Shown piece after piece: positions 9,458-19,064 of a DNA stretch of 64,000 bases. The DNA is taken from NCBI GenBank assembly GCA_947378235.1, contig CANCJE010000001.1, positions 14,361 to 78,360 of the forward strand. Direction: 5' to 3'. The position numbers were made by a program, and so were the translations under genes. Within the stretch, counting starts at the first letter, position 1; every line of letters starts with the position of its first letter. This DNA is from Caulobacteraceae bacterium (GTDB lineage: Bacteria; Pseudomonadota; Alphaproteobacteria; Caulobacterales; Caulobacteraceae). Below the pieces are notes generated by a model, which was given only the letters and a program-made list of their open reading frames with translations, had not been told where the DNA came from and did not search any database.

Positions 9458-11422
9458 TTATCGTTTTTTCGATGCCGAAAGCAAATCACTGAACGATGAT
9501 TTCAGCAAATATTCAAGATCTATGGGGCTGGGTGTAAGAACATACCTATCACTACCCGTGCATCGGGTTGCGATAGCTCTCGCAGATGGGTTAGAGCTGT
9601 TGGTCAAGATGACATAGACCTTGACACCATAGGTCTCGCGCATGACTTGACAGGCGGATAGGGTGAGAGCGTCGAGACTGGCAAGGTTGAGCTCTGCTAG
9701 ATTTCCTGACCGCCAACAATTGCCGCTACCGCGACGGCTTGTCCCCGTGCAGCCATAATATCCCTCAAAGTCTATGGGTGCTTCGTTACGCCCGTCGGTG
9801 ATCAAAACTGCGATCTTGCGTCCGCCAGAGCCGAAGGGCGACGGACTTTGCCGCTCGTCCAATCCCCAAAACTGTGTCCAGTACCGACGCGGAGAAAGGG
9901 TCCTTAGCGCCCAAGCCAATCCTACATCCGATTGGCTGCCTCCTGGCACGGGGTAAATCTCGTCCAATTTGTCCAGAACCTGCCGTCGATTGCTCGTCAG
10001 GGGAAGGATCGCCGCCGGACAGTTGAGATTGGGTCCTGCAATCGGCCTGTAGGCCGGACCCCAAACGCCACGTTCGACGGGTAGAAAACTGCTGGTCTCC
10101 CACGGACAGATCGCGCCCCCCGATTGAAGATAGTCAATCTCGTTCGGATCTGACAGGCACGCAGCATTGACTCCAGAGGGGGTTGGACTGATCGAGGTCC
10201 GATCGCTTGAGCAGATCTGGTTGGTGGGTTGAAAGGCATTAAGCGTGCCGTTCTTGTGATCAGTCAGGGCGCTCGGCCCGGACGGGTCCAAACATTGATG
10301 GATAGAGTTGGAGTAGCTCCATTTTACACATTGCCGTTCAAGTTCAGCCTTCTGAAGGTGGCTGGGTGAAGACCAAAGGGCACCGCCTGATCGTCGCCAT
10401 TGGGCTTGGGTGGGCCGACCCGACTGGGCGTCTTCTGGTTCCGGCGCCTGATCAATGTCCTGATAGATCAAACATTGTCCGACAAAAGGTGTTTGGATGC
10501 TCGAACTCAATAGGCCCACAGGCCAAAGGCCGGTCGGCGGCGGCTGGTCATCGATTGATTTAACGACGGTACTGTTGGCGTCTATCTGAACCTCGCCCGG
10601 TGACGAGCGCACGCACCCGCGCCACTGCGTGGGACGGGATAGCTCGCCGAGGCGATCAAGGCTGAGGGGCGTGTCGGGGTCTAGCGGTTCGGTAAGAACC
10701 GCCAGTCGCGATTGAAAAGGCTTTGGAGGAGACCTACGAGAACCGTCCGCCAAATAGTCTATGTCCCGCACCGGTGTATCATCAGCAGGACCTACGGATT
10801 CCGAGTTGATATTGACGAGGGCGGCCCAAGGAACGACCGAGATCTTAACGCTCGTTCCTGCGACATCGATCAAGTCATTTACATAGTCTTTTGCGGCGTG
10901 ACGCATGGCTGAAAATTGGTCAAGATCGTTAAGTGAACTCGAACTATCGAGGATGAGTGCGACCTCGAGCGACTGACGGGTAGGATCAACCGACGTCGAG
11001 ACCTTGATGGGAACAGATTGAACGAGGGGGAGGGCGCTCAGGACCGTCGCGCTTTGGCCCGTCACATCCAGATCGAAGCGCTTTTGGATGGCGTCGACCG
11101 TTAACTTCCACCTGACATTCTTCACGCCAGACTGCGAGCGTTCCCAGCGGTGAAGAAGAGTACCGACTGCCTCTTCACTCGAAATTCGGCGCTCCGCTTC
11201 GGTGATGTTGCGGTTGGTGAAGTAGACCCAGGCCCCATCGATGGCCGCACGGTCCGATACGGTTTGCAAGGACGCGCGCGCCTCATCGTATTTTCTGATC
11301 TGGAGATAACACCCGAAGGCAAAACTTAGGGGTATTGCCGACAATGCGGCGGCCCAAACCAATCCTGACAGCACCTTGCGTCCGCCAAATGGTAACCTGA
11401 CGCCTTGGCTACGACGATCCAA
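9458..11422 (-). CDS. TadG-like vWA protein, diverged tandem paralog of 7388-9418
   Basis: It shares blocks with its neighbour: RPT(Q/R)WRGC(V/I)RS, LSDPNE(I/S)DYL..GGA(I/V)C.WE, YPVPGG(S/T)Q.DVGL.W.LR.LSP, (L/I)TDG.NEAP, YGCT.T.R...GNCWRS, LSAC.VMR..YG. It has a MIDAS motif (ALILDSSSSL) and an N-terminal TM segment. Confidence 0.65.
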   Translation of the reverse strand: MDRRSQGVRLPFGGRKVLSGLVWAAALSAIPLSFAFGCYLQIRKYDEARASLQTVSDRAAIDGAWVYFTNRNITEAERRISSEEAVGTLLHRWERSQSGVKNVRWKLTVDAIQKRFDLDVTGQSATVLSALPLVQSVPIKVSTSVDPTRQSLEVALILDSSSSLNDLDQFSAMRHAAKDYVNDLIDVAGTSVKISVVPWAALVNINSESVGPADDTPVRDIDYLADGSRRSPPKPFQSRLAVLTEPLDPDTPLSLDRLGELSRPTQWRGCVRSSPGEVQIDANSTVVKSIDDQPPPTGLWPVGLLSSSIQTPFVGQCLIYQDIDQAPEPEDAQSGRPTQAQWRRSGGALWSSPSHLQKAELERQCVKWSYSNSIHQCLDPSGPSALTDHKNGTLNAFQPTNQICSSDRTSISPTPSGVNAACLSDPNEIDYLQSGGAICPWETSSFLPVERGVWGPAYRPIAGPNLNCPAAILPLTSNRRQVLDKLDEIYPVPGGSQSDVGLAWALRTLSPRRYWTQFWGLDERQSPSPFGSGGRKIAVLITDGRNEAPIDFEGYYGCTGTSRRGSGNCWRSGNLAELNLASLDALTLSACQVMRETYGVKVYVILTNSSNPSARAIATRCTGSDRYVLTPSPIDLEYLLKSSFSDLLSASKKR

Positions 11423-11539
11423 TATTGGCTCCTGCAGGCTGATCTCCAGTGAATGAAGATCGGACCCGCAGGAATTGAGACAAAATTGTTTATAGTCTAT
11501 TGATTGTAATTAACGCTACTACAAATAATCTAAAAGTAA

Positions 11540-12256
11540 TTAAAGTAGCTTAAACAATATTTCTCCAATTGTGTCGATGCCCGCCTTTACTGTTTGATTT
11601 GAGCTAATAGGACCAACCCCCTCTGGGGTCCCGGTAAATATTAGATCACCGGCTGAGAGGGTCCAAAGGCGCGAGGCCTGAGCTATGGTCTCACCGACTG
11701 ACCAGATCATCTCTTCGAGGTGGCCATCCTGACGCATTTCATCTTCGACCGTCAGCCATATCCTACCCTCAGCCCGACCGATCCCGTCTTGCGGCAACGG
11801 ACAGTTGGCCCTGCGGCGTATGGGACTGATGGGCGCGGAAAGATCAAAGCCCTTGGCCGCATCCCAAGGCTGACCCTTGGCCTTAAAGCCATTTTGAAGA
11901 TCCCGGCGTGTCAGGTCTACGCCAACCGCATAGCCGTAAACGGCAGCGAGGCCCTGCTCGGGCGTTAGGTTTGAGCCACCGCTCGAAAGGGCGGCCACCA
12001 GTTCGACCTCATGGTGCAGATCGGATGTAGCCGAAGGGTAGGGAACTGTTGTGCACTGGCCGGGCGGACAGATCACAATCGCGTCCGCAGGCTTGGAAAA
12101 GAAGAACGGCAGATCGCGCTCGTCCGCACCCATTTCTCGCGCATGGGCGGCATAGTTGCGTCCAACGCACAGGATGCGGCGAACCGGGAAAAGCGCTGAG
12201 GTTCCCTCAATTGGAACGGCAGGGCGAGCGGGTGGGGGGAATGCGAAGCTGGACAT
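11540..12256 (-). CDS. Fumarylacetoacetate hydrolase (FAH) family protein
   Basis: 238 aa with FAH-fold motifs (ILCVGRNYAAHAREMG, EVELV). Family-level call only. Confidence 0.7.
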   Translation of the reverse strand: MSSFAFPPPARPAVPIEGTSALFPVRRILCVGRNYAAHAREMGADERDLPFFFSKPADAIVICPPGQCTTVPYPSATSDLHHEVELVAALSSGGSNLTPEQGLAAVYGYAVGVDLTRRDLQNGFKAKGQPWDAAKGFDLSAPISPIRRRANCPLPQDGIGRAEGRIWLTVEDEMRQDGHLEEMIWSVGETIAQASRLWTLSAGDLIFTGTPEGVGPISSNQTVKAGIDTIGEILFKLL

Positions 12257-12386
12257 GCCCCCAAATTACGGACTTAAGCCGCCGGGTAAAGCCTCAACAG
12301 GTTCGGGTTACGCTTGTTTAACTTGATCGCTGGGCCAACCCCGCGCCATTATAAAACTTGCGGTAGGCACGGATGCGGTAATCGCA

Positions 12387-13298
12387 GTGGGTGTTGGCAG
12401 GCCGATAGGATCCGTGACCATGTTGATCATCGAGAATTTGAACCACGTTTATCCCAATGGTGCCCATGCCTTACGCGGGATCGATCTGGTAATCCCCAAT
12501 GGGATGTTTGGTCTGCTCGGGCCCAACGGTGCGGGCAAGTCCACCTTGATGCGAACCATCGCGACCTTACAGACGCCCACCTCAGGCCATTTACGGTTCG
12601 ATGATATCGATATTCTGACCAATCCGGAGGCTCTGCGCCGCCAATTGGGGTATTTGCCGCAAGATTTTGGCGTCTATCCGCGGGTGTCGGCCTACGACAT
12701 GCTTGATCATATGGCCGTTCTCAAAGGTGTGGCCCAACCCGCTGCCCGTAAGGAGACGGTCGAGGCACTTCTCAATCAGGTCAATCTATGGACTGTGCGC
12801 CACAAGGCCTTGGCTGGCTTTTCGGGAGGAATGCGTCAGCGCTTTGGTATAGCTCAGGCCCTGATTGGCGATCCTCGTCTGATCATTGTCGACGAGCCTA
12901 CCGCGGGCCTCGATCCGGAAGAACGCAATCGGTTCCTGAATCTTTTGGCGGAGATCGGCGAAAATGTCGTCGTCATCCTCTCGACCCATATTGTTGAAGA
13001 TGTCGCAGACCTTTGCCCTTCGATGGCGATTTTGGCCGAGGGCCGGATCCTGAGCCAAGGCGCCCCGCTGGGGCTGATTGAAAGCCTCAAGGGCAGGGTT
13101 TGGAAAAAGACGATCAACCGCCAAAATCTTGAGGCGGTTCGAAAGGATCACGAGGTTATTTCAACACGGCTATTTGCCGGCGCCACGGTCGTGCACGTCT
13201 TGGCCGATACGCCGCCAGGCGAGGGTTTTGAACCGGTCGTGGGTGGGTTGGAGGATGTCTATTTCTCTGTTCTGTCCACCTCACGCCGTGCGGCTTGA
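12387..13298 (+). CDS. ABC transporter ATP-binding protein (ABC-2 exporter type)
   Basis: Walker A (GPNGAGKST), ABC signature (SGGMRQR) and Walker B (IIVDEPTAGLD) are present. The track start at 12387 is GTG; an ATG at 12420 (MLIIENL) is the more likely start. Confidence 0.85.
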   Translation: MGVGRPIGSVTMLIIENLNHVYPNGAHALRGIDLVIPNGMFGLLGPNGAGKSTLMRTIATLQTPTSGHLRFDDIDILTNPEALRRQLGYLPQDFGVYPRVSAYDMLDHMAVLKGVAQPAARKETVEALLNQVNLWTVRHKALAGFSGGMRQRFGIAQALIGDPRLIIVDEPTAGLDPEERNRFLNLLAEIGENVVVILSTHIVEDVADLCPSMAILAEGRILSQGAPLGLIESLKGRVWKKTINRQNLEAVRKDHEVISTRLFAGATVVHVLADTPPGEGFEPVVGGLEDVYFSVLSTSRRAA

Positions 13299-13314
13299 GT
13301 CCGGAGGCTGATCG

Positions 13315-16300
13315 ATGTTCGGAAAGATTGCGGCCTTTGAATTTCGCTACCAGACCAGACAACCCCTGTTCTGGGCGGCATTTATATTCTTTTTCCTTCT
13401 AACCTTTGGCTCGGTCACAATTGACCAGATTCACATTGGCTCTGGAGGAAACGTCCATCGCAATTCGCCGTTCGCGATGGCTCAGACCCACCTCATCCTG
13501 TCTCTCTTTTATATGTTCGTTACTGCGGCTTTCGTTGCCAATCTCGTCGTGCGTGATGATGAAACCGGATTTGGTCCGATCATCCGGTCGACCCGCGTTA
13601 CAAAAGCAGACTATTTACTCGGCCGCTTCAGTGGAGGCTTCGCAGCGGCCGCTGTGGCCTATCTCAGCGTGCCATTGGCCTTCTTTCTTGGCTCATTGAT
13701 GCCGTGGGTCGATGTCGAAACCTTGGGCCCCAACCGTTGGCAGGACTATGGCTTTGCCTATGGGGCCCTTGCTCTTCCCGCGCTCCTTTTAACCAGCGCC
13801 GTATTCTTTTCGGTGGCAACGGTCACACGGTCGATGATGGCGACCTATGTGGGTGTGGTCGCCTTCTTCGTCATCTATTTGACGGCCACCATCTTGCTTG
13901 ACAAGCCCCAGTTCGAGCAGGGCTCTGCGCTGTTCGAGCCCTTTGGATTAGCGGCCTATGGGCTAGCGACCAAATATTGGACCGCGGCAGAGCGCAACCT
14001 TTCAATCCCGTCGCTGAGCGGCATCTTGCTGTGGAACCGGATATTTTGCCTGGCACTATCAGCGGGATTTTTGGCTTTGGCCTACAGTCTTTTCCGGTTT
14101 GAAGCGCCCGCAACGCGCCGCCCTAAAGCGGCGCTCGCGAACGAGGCCAACGATCCGGCACCATCGCTGCGGCGTGGTCCACTACCCGTACCCCAGTATG
14201 ATGTGCGGGCCTATTGGACCCTGCTCGGGGTTCGCACCCAACTGGAACTCAAGCAGGTCTTTCTAAGTCCCGCCTATATTGTTCTTTTAGCGCTCGGCGT
14301 GATCAATGCGAGCGCGGGGCTATGGTTTGCCAACGACCTCTATGGTGGGACGATCTATCCGGTGACCCGGGTGATGATATCGACCCTCGAAGGGACCTTT
14401 GGCATTATTCCAATCATTGTCTCAATCTATTATGCGGGTGAGTTGGTCTGGCGCGAACGTGACCGGCGCACCCATGAGATCATTGACGCGACCCCAATTC
14501 CTGACTGGGCGTTCTTTATACCCAAGACCCTTGCCATAACCCTTGTACTTATATCGACCTTACTTGTGGGGGTGATGACCGCCGTCGCCTTGCAAGCAAT
14601 CAAAGGCTACTTCAATTTTGAGGTCGGAAAATATCTCCTATGGCTGGTTATTCCTGACGCGATAAGCTTCCTACTGATCGCGATCCTTGCCGTCTTCTTG
14701 CAGACCCTATCCCCCCAGAAGTTCGTCGGTTGGGGCCTGATGGTGGTCTATTTGATCTCCAGACAGATTTTGGCCAGTTTGGGTTGGGAGCATCTGCTCT
14801 ATCGGTATGGAGCGGCACCTTACGTGCCCTTGTCCGACATGAACGGTCAGGGACAGTTTTGGATCGCTAATGCTTGGCTTCGCCTCTACTGGACCGCCTT
14901 TGCCCTCATTCTGTGCGTGCTGTCCTATGCCTTGTGGCGGCGGGGGGTGGATCCACGGCTTATGCCGAGGTTGCGCCGTCTTGGCGCGCGTCTAAAGGGT
15001 GTTCCGGGGATTATGCTTTGCACGGCCTTGACGGTCTTTGTCGCCACGGGAAGTTATATCTTCATCAACACAAATATTTGGAACAGCTACCGCACCCATC
15101 TGGACGATGAAAAATGGCAGGCCGCTTACGAAAAGGACCTGCTACCATTTGAAACGGTCCCTCAGCCTCGCATCTATGAGGTGATCCTGGATGTTGACAT
15201 CCACCCCCATCAGCATCGCCTCGTGACCCACGGCGTCTACCGGTTTGAAAATCGAACAAACGCGCCTTTACGTGAAATGCACGTGCAGTTTAATCGCGAC
15301 CTCAAGGTCGACGCCCTCGCGATCGAGGGCGCGCGTCCGAAGAAGACTTATGATGATTATAATTACAGGATCTTCAGTTTCGACACCCCGCTCCAACCGG
15401 GCGAAAGGCGTAGCCTGTCTTTCACCACGACCCTTGAGCAAAAGGGTTTTAAAAATAGCGGTGCTGATACCAGCCTTGTCGACAATGGCACCTTCATCAG
15501 TGACCAAGAAATAGCGCCGGGATTTGGCGTCAGCCGAATGCCGCTACTGTCAGATCGCAGCAAACGTCGCAAATATGGTCTGCCGTCCGAGTTGAGGATG
15601 GCTAAGCTCGGTGATCCCCTATCGCGGGGTTATCACTATTTGCGCCATGACTCAGATTGGGTTCAAGCCGATATCACGGTCACGACGGATGCTGATCAAA
15701 CCCCGATTGCGCCCGGCTACCGGGTGTCTGAGAAATTATCTCAGGGTCGGCGAACCGTTCGGTTCAAGACCGAGGCCCCCATTCTGCAATTTTTCTCGAT
15801 CCAATCGGCGCGATATAAGGTGAAGTCCAAGACCTATCGAGGCATCGATCTGGCGATCTATTATGACGCGCAACATCCATGGAACATCGACCGGATGATG
15901 CGGGCTATGACGCTGTCACTGGACTATTATCAGGACCAATTTGGTCCCTATCAGTTTCGTCAGGCGCGTATTCTTGAATTTCCCGACTATGCCCAGTTCG
16001 CGCAGTCCTTCGCCAACACCATTCCCTATTCCGAAGGTTTAGGGTTCATTGCCAACTATAAGGACCCCGAAAAGATCGATTTGGTCACCTATGTGACCGC
16101 CCATGAGTTGGCGCATCAATGGTGGGCCCATCAGATTATTGGGGCTGACCAACAGGGCTCCACTGTTCTGTCCGAAACCCTGGCCCAATATTCCGCCTTG
16201 ATGGTCATGGAACGGCTCTATGGCCCCGAGAAGCTCCGCAAATTCCTCAAATATGAGCTCGATAACTATCTTCGTAGCCGCGGGTCCGAAGTCATTGAAG

Positions 16301-16896
16301 AACTGCCTTTGATGCGCGTGGAAAACCAGCCCTATATCCACTATCGCAAGGGGGCACTGGTCATGTACCGCCTGAAGGATGAGATCGGAGAGGCCGCCAT
16401 CAACCGGGCCCTGCGGTCGCTCTTGGCAAAATACGCCTTCAAGGCCGCGCCCTATCCGACATCGCTCGACCTTGTTGCCGCTCTGCGCGCCGAGGCCCCA
16501 GCCGATAAACAAGCTCTGATTACCGACCTGTTTGAAAAGATCACCGTATTTGACATCAAAACCACCAAGGCCATCGCCACCAAGCGTAAGGACGGTCGCT
16601 ACGACCTCGCCCTAACGGTCGACGCCAAAAAGCTCTATGCGGATGGGCAGGGCAAGGAAACTGCCGGTCCAATGGCTGAAAAGGTCGATGTGGGACTTTT
16701 CGCCGTCAAGCCAGAGGCTAAGGATTTTGATCGATCGAAAATATTGGCCTTCAAGTCCGTGCCTCTTCACTCAGGGGTCCAGACCCTCGTCCTGACGGTG
16801 CCGACCTTGCCAAAATTTGCTGGCGTCGATCCCTATGCCAAGCTTATTGATCGCAATGCGGACGATAATCTGATCCCAGTAAGTAAATCGAACTGA
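13315..16896 (+). CDS. Fusion protein: ABC-2 family permease (about 550 aa N-terminal, multiple TM segments) plus an M1-family gluzincin peptidase domain
   Basis: The N-terminal half is hydrophobic and polytopic. The C-terminal half carries HELAHQWW...(19 aa)...E, the M1 HExxH(x18)E zinc motif. The expected GAMEN exopeptidase motif is degenerate; the closest sequence is FANTIPYSEG. Confidence 0.75.
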   Translation: MFGKIAAFEFRYQTRQPLFWAAFIFFFLLTFGSVTIDQIHIGSGGNVHRNSPFAMAQTHLILSLFYMFVTAAFVANLVVRDDETGFGPIIRSTRVTKADYLLGRFSGGFAAAAVAYLSVPLAFFLGSLMPWVDVETLGPNRWQDYGFAYGALALPALLLTSAVFFSVATVTRSMMATYVGVVAFFVIYLTATILLDKPQFEQGSALFEPFGLAAYGLATKYWTAAERNLSIPSLSGILLWNRIFCLALSAGFLALAYSLFRFEAPATRRPKAALANEANDPAPSLRRGPLPVPQYDVRAYWTLLGVRTQLELKQVFLSPAYIVLLALGVINASAGLWFANDLYGGTIYPVTRVMISTLEGTFGIIPIIVSIYYAGELVWRERDRRTHEIIDATPIPDWAFFIPKTLAITLVLISTLLVGVMTAVALQAIKGYFNFEVGKYLLWLVIPDAISFLLIAILAVFLQTLSPQKFVGWGLMVVYLISRQILASLGWEHLLYRYGAAPYVPLSDMNGQGQFWIANAWLRLYWTAFALILCVLSYALWRRGVDPRLMPRLRRLGARLKGVPGIMLCTALTVFVATGSYIFINTNIWNSYRTHLDDEKWQAAYEKDLLPFETVPQPRIYEVILDVDIHPHQHRLVTHGVYRFENRTNAPLREMHVQFNRDLKVDALAIEGARPKKTYDDYNYRIFSFDTPLQPGERRSLSFTTTLEQKGFKNSGADTSLVDNGTFISDQEIAPGFGVSRMPLLSDRSKRRKYGLPSELRMAKLGDPLSRGYHYLRHDSDWVQADITVTTDADQTPIAPGYRVSEKLSQGRRTVRFKTEAPILQFFSIQSARYKVKSKTYRGIDLAIYYDAQHPWNIDRMMRAMTLSLDYYQDQFGPYQFRQARILEFPDYAQFAQSFANTIPYSEGLGFIANYKDPEKIDLVTYVTAHELAHQWWAHQIIGADQQGSTVLSETLAQYSALMVMERLYGPEKLRKFLKYELDNYLRSRGSEVIEELPLMRVENQPYIHYRKGALVMYRLKDEIGEAAINRALRSLLAKYAFKAAPYPTSLDLVAALRAEAPADKQALITDLFEKITVFDIKTTKAIATKRKDGRYDLALTVDAKKLYADGQGKETAGPMAEKVDVGLFAVKPEAKDFDRSKILAFKSVPLHSGVQTLVLTVPTLPKFAGVDPYAKLIDRNADDNLIPVSKSN

Positions 16897-17063
16897 CCCT
16901 GCTGGTGGTCTGCGCGATTTGCCGCAATTCTAGGTGAGGATGATATGTTGGCGGGACCCGAGAAGAGGTTCTAGGGTCTGCCTATATTTCTAGAGGATTG
17001 ATGCACTCGCTATTGGCATCGCAGGCCAGACCTTAGGCTTGGGCTTTTCAAAGGAGGATCGAT

Positions 17064-17381
17064 ATGTCCGCTGAACATGACGCCACAATCCCGCCAGCCG
17101 GTCCGGCAAAGGATGCGACACAGACGGATAGCCCGCAAAGCCCTGTGGGTGAGGCGGCCTTGGCCGATCTCATAAACCGCGTCGAAGCGGTATTTCGTGA
17201 AGGGCTGAAGGCGCTTGGCGCACAGTCCAAGCCCCTGATCGATAATGCCGAAGACCAGCTTGAAGCGGCTCAAAAGGCTGTTTCGGATCAGGTTCGAAAT
17301 CGGCCCTTGACCGCAACGGCGATGGCCTTGGGGGTCGGTGTCGTCATTGGCCTTCTCTTGAGTACTGGGCGGCGCAGATGA
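17064..17381 (+). CDS. DUF883 / ElaB-YqjD-like membrane-anchored stress protein
   Basis: 105 aa with a helical N-region and a C-terminal TM segment (ATAMALGVGVVIGLLL). Typical of DUF883. Confidence 0.6.
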   Translation: MSAEHDATIPPAGPAKDATQTDSPQSPVGEAALADLINRVEAVFREGLKALGAQSKPLIDNAEDQLEAAQKAVSDQVRNRPLTATAMALGVGVVIGLLLSTGRRR

Positions 17382-17773
17382 TCCGAAAGACGGTCATTCA
17401 GACCCTCACAACGGCCACGGTCGTGGCCGTCTGCGCGGGCATCAGTCTCGTGGCAGCCGCTTTCGGCCTATTTGTGCTGTTGCGCGCCCTTTGGGGTGAA
17501 GCCATTGCCTGCGCCATCGTGGCGGGTCTGTTTGCTTTGGTGGCGCTGCTCGTTGCCTTTGTGGCCAGCCGACCGGCGGCAGTATCAAAGCACCCGGTTC
17601 CGGCACCGCCAGAGCCTGCGCCCATCTTGGCAAGCTTGATGGCTGTTGTGCGGGAAAAGCCCTTGGTTAGCGCGGCTGTCGCAGCAGTTGCTGGGATCAT
17701 CGCCGTGCGCAATCCTCAGATGATCTCAAGTTTGATTGCGGCCTTTTTTGAGGATAGCGACCCTCAGGCCTAG
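17378..17773 (+). CDS. Small membrane protein, 'phage holin family / holin-X'-like (commonly paired with DUF883)
   Basis: 131 aa with two hydrophobic helices. Its start overlaps the DUF883 stop. Family assignment is by context and topology only. Confidence 0.45.
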   Translation: MIRKTVIQTLTTATVVAVCAGISLVAAAFGLFVLLRALWGEAIACAIVAGLFALVALLVAFVASRPAAVSKHPVPAPPEPAPILASLMAVVREKPLVSAAVAAVAGIIAVRNPQMISSLIAAFFEDSDPQA

Positions 17774-19059
17774 AGCCGATCACGCAGGGCATACCAGCTG
17801 AGGCCCGCAACCAAGGCGGGCCAGCGCAAGAGTTTGCCGCCCGGAAAGGGGGGGGTGGGCAGACGCGACAGTAGATCAAGTCCCGACATCTCGCCAAGGC
17901 TCGCCTCGGCCAACAGCCTGCCAAAATAGGGCGCGAGCATCACACCTTGGCCACTATAGCCTGCGGCGGCCACCACGCCGGGGGCCAGGGCCTTAACATA
18001 GGGAGCCCGGGTCATGGTGATGCCGAGGGTCCCGCCCCAAGCGTGGGTGATGGGCACGGCGGCAAGACGCGGATAGACTCTCAGCATGTGTCGTTGAACA
18101 AATCCGCTGATGTCGGAGGGAAACCAAGGCCAATAGTTTTCGCCGCCACCAAACAGCAACCGCCCATCGGAGGATTTGCGAAAATAGTTGATAACAAAGC
18201 GGCTATCGGCCACGGCCGCGTCGCTGCGAATGATCTCGTCGGCAAGATCGCCCAAGGGAGCCGTTGCCAAGATAAAGTTGTTGATCGGCATGACCCGGGC
18301 ATCAATCTGGGATGACAGACCGTCAATATAGCCGTCACCGGTCAGGATCAGCCTTTGGCAAATCACCGTGCCCTCTTGTGTGGTCACCTCCATGCCGCGC
18401 GCGGTCTTGCGCCAAGAGAGGGCCCGAGACCTTTCAAAAATCTGCGCGCCGGTCTTTAACGCCGCTTGGCCAAGGCCGAGGGCAAAATTGAGGGGATGAA
18501 GGTGTCCGCCGCCCTCATCCACGGTTCCTCCAAAATAGACGTCGGTGCCGAGCTCATCTGCGAGCGCGTCCTTCTCGATCAGGCGGATCTGTCCATAGCC
18601 ATAGCGCTCGGCCATGTGGTCACGCCAAGCGAGGTCTTGATCCGCGCCCTGTGATCGATGCCGCGCGTGGATCATGCCGGGCTTGAGATCACAGGCAATG
18701 GCGTGGTGCGTGATAAGATCGTGCAGATGGGCCTTGGCGTCCTGAGCGAGGCTCCAAAGGGCCATGGCATCATCCGGACCGACCGCCTGTTCGAGCCAGT
18801 TCTGATCGCGTCTTTGACCGGTATGGATCTGGCCACCATTTCGGCCAGAGGCGCCTGACCCAACCTGCGCCTCCTCCAGGACGATGGTGGGAACCCCTTG
18901 TTCCGCCAGACGGAGGGCTGCGCCCAGTCCGGTATAGCCCGCACCAATGATGCAGACCTCTGTGCGGTGATCACCCTTTAAGGACGTAAGATCGGGGAAC
19001 GGGTTTGCCGTTTGGGCGTACCAAGAGGTGGACGGATGGCCTTGGTTGCGCGCTGCCAT
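17770..19059 (-). CDS. FAD-dependent oxidoreductase (gamma-glutamylputrescine oxidase PuuB / OrdL-like)
   Basis: It has a DAO-family Rossmann motif (VCIIGAGYTGLGAALRL). At 429 aa it is located directly downstream of the GS-like ligase. Confidence 0.65.
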   Translation of the reverse strand: MAARNQGHPSTSWYAQTANPFPDLTSLKGDHRTEVCIIGAGYTGLGAALRLAEQGVPTIVLEEAQVGSGASGRNGGQIHTGQRRDQNWLEQAVGPDDAMALWSLAQDAKAHLHDLITHHAIACDLKPGMIHARHRSQGADQDLAWRDHMAERYGYGQIRLIEKDALADELGTDVYFGGTVDEGGGHLHPLNFALGLGQAALKTGAQIFERSRALSWRKTARGMEVTTQEGTVICQRLILTGDGYIDGLSSQIDARVMPINNFILATAPLGDLADEIIRSDAAVADSRFVINYFRKSSDGRLLFGGGENYWPWFPSDISGFVQRHMLRVYPRLAAVPITHAWGGTLGITMTRAPYVKALAPGVVAAAGYSGQGVMLAPYFGRLLAEASLGEMSGLDLLSRLPTPPFPGGKLLRWPALVAGLSWYALRDRL

Positions 19060-19064
19060 CGGGG

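Noticed and set aside
16039-16512. 157-aa minus-strand ORF, and many similar 60-170-aa ORFs in the six-frame track (e.g. 855-1271, 20791-21309, 21588-21947, 50230-50790)
   Set aside because: They lie entirely antisense or out of frame within long, well-supported genes (M1 fusion, moeA, ppc, TonB receptor). They have Arg/Gly/Pro-rich, low-complexity translations typical of spurious ORFs in high-GC DNA.
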